Source: Dimorphilus gyrociliatus
Taxonomy: Eukaryota; Animalia; Annelida
DNA length: 64,000 nucleotides
Direction of reading: 5' to 3'
NCBI GenBank assembly: GCA_904063045.1
Contig: CAJFCJ010000005.1
Coordinates: forward strand, 3,094,165 to 3,158,164
The position numbers and the translations under genes are program-made. The notes below the pieces were generated by a model, which saw only the letters and a list, made by a program, of their open reading frames with translations, ran no database searches and had not been told where the DNA came from. Shown here one piece after another: positions 60,717 through 64,000 of the stretch; position 1 is the stretch's first letter; every line of letters starts with the position of its first letter.

Positions 60717-62170
60717 TCTTTCCTTTGTATTAGAATCTATCAATTTATATTAATATCTATCAATTTATCTATTTAACTAGCTTTTTTCTTCTCTCCCGTT
60801 CTTTTTCTCTATATTTTCTTCTTCTCTCCGCTCTATGTCTCTGGCACGCACACACAAACACACACTTATATATATATATATATACGATTTCTTTCTCACC
60901 ATAATTTAAAGTAAAAGAGTCAATAGTAAACTATACGAATTTCTATGTTTATCAATGTATTTAAATATAAACTAAATATATATATATAATGGAAGAGAGA
61001 AAAAAGATTTTTATAAATACCTCTTGGCAAGATTCTGTGTAATGATATATTCCTTATTATTGTTAATTTCTCTTTTTAGTAACAACGTAGTTTTTCACGC
61101 TAGTAAGTTTTTATAGTAAGTGAATAGATTCAATCGTTTTTGGTGCTAAAAGGTATGAATAGATTCTTATTCTTTAAAACTAGATCTTGTCAAGTAAAAA
61201 ATTCCTTTTCTTTTCCGGTCTTTCTCTCTCCCGAATCTATATCTCTCCGCTTTTCTTTCTTTCTTTCTTTCTCCCTATCTCTTATTTTCTTCTGTTCTCT
61301 CTTTTAAATATATGTTTGTATCTTTTTACAATCTCTCCGTCCGTCTTTTCTTGCTTCTTCTGTTTCTGACAATTTTTTTGCAAATTTTTCACTTCCTTCT
61401 CTATTCTTAAATTCAAAATTTAGTCTTTGTTATCTTTCCTACTATTCATGAACTTATACAATGCATCGGAATCAAACGATCGGAAGAGTCAATGTCTTTG
61501 GCTTTTTGAACTACTCTGTTTAATCCGGTTATTAAATCGATTACTCATATGCGTGTGTGTGTATGTGTAGATATACGGTATGCTTTATATATTTTTTTTT
61601 CTTCGCCATTTTACAATGACGTATGCAGATGTTTTATATGAAAAAGAAATCTATATAAAATAATATCCCACTCTTTCTTTCTCTCTCTCTCTCCCTCTCT
61701 CTTTCTATCTTTCCATCTCTTGCACTATATACATATATAAAATAGTACTCGTAGCGCCATCTAAACTTTTCAATTGCAAGTACAATGTTTTAACGTATAC
61801 ATAAAATATTCTCAGAGCTGGCTATAGAGTTATAACGTTTACTTGTAGGATGTTTTTTCGTAATAAATGTTTAGCTGTCCTTATTGTCTTTCATCAAGAT
61901 TGCCAAATTAGTGTCAAAGGAAGAATGTTTTTCGTTGAGAATTTCCTTTTTGAAGATGAATATTTCGTCTAATTGGATTTGAAAGTTTAAAATTTGATTA
62001 AATAACTTTCATAAACAATTCATAAGTGAAAAATATAAAGTAAATGTATTGTATGTAGATTTTTTATCTTCTTTAACTTGTATGTTTCAAGATCAAATAC
62101 TTAATATATATCTTTAAGCATTTAATCACTATCAATGATAAGGGGCGGCAAAAGAAAGACAATTGAAAGT

Positions 62171-64000
62171 TTAAGAATTGTTTTTTTCCGGTTCAACAGA
62201 TCCAGTCTTCTTTCTACAAAATCGGCATCCTACTCTTCCAATAGCTTCAGCCTCTTCTAAAGTATCCGGCATTGGTTTCCCACTGGTTTCCGGTAACAAG
62301 ACAGTTAGCGCAAATGATGCAAAACCAAAGACTCCAAATATTAACGCTGGAAGGTATTTTTGTACTTTTTGCTGTGTTTTAAGAGAAAAGACATAAGCGT
62401 ATTAACCTAAATATTCCTGTTTATCAGATTAAAGACTCAGTATAGTATAGTATAGTATAGTATAGTACATATATATTAATATATATTAATATGTGTAAAC
62501 TAACTAGACTTCCTCCAACATAGGGTGACGCCATCCCGCTTATTCTGGACACGGAACTACATATTCCTAGGGAGAGTGCTCTAATGGGCGTTGGAAATAA
62601 TTCGGCTGATAAGACATAAGCAACGTCAAAAGAGACGGTTATGGACGCTTTACCCATCTAGAAAAATATGCAAATTGGTAAAAAAAATAATGGTAAAGAA
62701 ATTTAAATATATCGACCATGCTTAGAGTTGTTTGTAGTGCTTGTGGTGCATTGAACGCAATCGCAAAAACGTTGGCAATAGACGTAACACCGGCGAAAAG
62801 AAAAGCACCAGAAAAAGTGGGAACCCTTCCGTAGTATTTTAAACCAAATATGCATATTATATGAGCAGGAATTTCAACGATACCAGATAGAAAGGTATTA
62901 AGGAATATGGATCCAGATAAAGTACCCGTATTCAAAGATAAGCCATAATAAACTAAACTATTAGTAAACCTGTTAAAATAAAAAATATATATATATATAA
63001 ATAAAGTTTATACTATGTACTTATCTGATATGTAATAAATAAGTAAATAAATAAAGTATACCATGCTATGCTGCATATAAATAGTTCCAAAGCAACTTGT
63101 CTGCTCTTTAACATATCAGAAAGGGTAACGGATTTCTCGTTAGCTTTCTCTGGATTGTCTGCTCTTTCATTTTCGTATATTGCTTTTAAATCTAAATCTG
63201 GTAGTGTTTTATTATTTATTCTTGCTACCTTTTCCAGTAGCTTTTTTGATTCTTCAAAACGTCCCTTGGAGAACAACCATCGAGGTGATTCTGGTAGAAT
63301 TAATAATAGGAGAAAGCTGGGCAGTATTGATAACGATAGGGTTAATTGCAATCTTTCTACTTGGCGTATAAAATAGGCTATTCCTGGTAAAATCATAAAT
63401 CCTATGGAGAAGAAGAATTGATAAAGTATTCCAGCTGATTCTCTGTAAATTGGTCCTATTAATTCCATCACTGTCAAACACAGAGCAGTATATATTTCAA
63501 TTTGGCCTAGATCGTACTTTTTTTTTAAATAAACATTGTTTTTGACAAGGAAAACAGATAAAAAACCTTGTCTTTTTACCTAGTACAAATCCTGCAATAA
63601 AAGTAAAATTTGATCCAATAGATTGGAAGAATCGAAAAATTAAGAAAAGAGCTGTATTTGGTGCGTATGCTCCACCTATCCCAAATCCCATATGTAAAAG
63701 GGTTCCTATACCCAAAACAACCTTTCGGCCAAATCTATAAATAGCCAAACATACGTAAAAACTTTTTTTAGATGGATATAAAGTATCGAAAGAAAGAAAG
63801 AAAGAAAGTATGAAAGAAGGAATAAAAGAAATTAAAAAAAAGAGAAATTAGAGCAATCAATTACGCTACAATAATATATAGAAATCTATAAACCTATCAG
63901 ACAGGAAACCGCAACATGAGCTTCCAATAAAAATACCTCCGATATAGACCGTCGAGGAAAATTGATTTAGCCAAGATTTCGAGCATACTTGATTATACTG
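62171..64000 (-). CDS. SLC22-family organic cation transporter-like protein 2 (5' part beyond window)
   Basis: YNQVCSKSW...FLSDR|FGRK, ELIGP, LPESPRWL, YGRV, SAELFPTPIRA and LPETSGKPMPDTLEEAE. Stop TAA at 62171-62173. Confidence 0.92.
62441..62465. repeat. Intronic (TATAG)5 pentanucleotide microsatellite
   Basis: Five perfect tatag units in an SLC22 intron. Confidence 0.85.

Noticed and set aside
1-64000. Intact transposons, rRNA, snRNA, known miRNAs, selenoprotein or readthrough signals
   Set aside because: No transposase or RT ORF, long terminal or inverted repeats, or recognisable RNA-family sequence was seen by eye. The stops in the ORF track are explained by introns. An Infernal/RepeatModeler run would be needed to exclude these fully.

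Overview
Eukaryotic, AT-rich, gene-dense animal DNA with mostly 50-110 nt GT-AG introns. The compactness and gene set suggest a small-genome lophotrochozoan such as a meiofaunal annelid (species identity is inference only). I can support about 17 protein-coding genes, 2 orphan ORFs and 1 tRNA. In order: MCCC1 3' part (+); two C-type lectin/PAN genes (+); AKAP17A (+); a divergent Rab-like GTPase (-); an intron-containing tRNA-Thr(UGU) (-); a 5xVWA/3xEGF secreted protein (-); two tandem antistasin-like Cys-rich genes (-); a mucin with 41 x 31-aa repeats and a C-terminal PAN-like module (+); a third C-type lectin/PAN gene (+); a PA-domain/Cys-rich protein (+); an MPST/TST sulfurtransferase whose last intron holds a same-strand nested coiled-coil gene (+); a small orphan ORF (+); CCDC158-like (-); a multi-C2H2 zinc finger gene (+); an almost intronless SLC23 (-); odd-skipped-related (-) with a 5 kb regulatory-looking upstream region; and two SLC22 genes (-). 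The most notable observations are: (1) a family of four secreted O-glycosylation-prone proteins sharing a terminal PAN-like module, inside a ~23 kb run of secreted/ECM genes (candidate mucus, adhesive or defence locus); (2) the nested gene that interrupts the MPST catalytic loop; (3) the tRNA-Thr intron; (4) eight TATA-C(A/T)G-TATA motifs resembling Tc1/mariner excision footprints. Exon junctions were read by hand and no database searches were run. No transposase, CRISPR array or rRNA was found.
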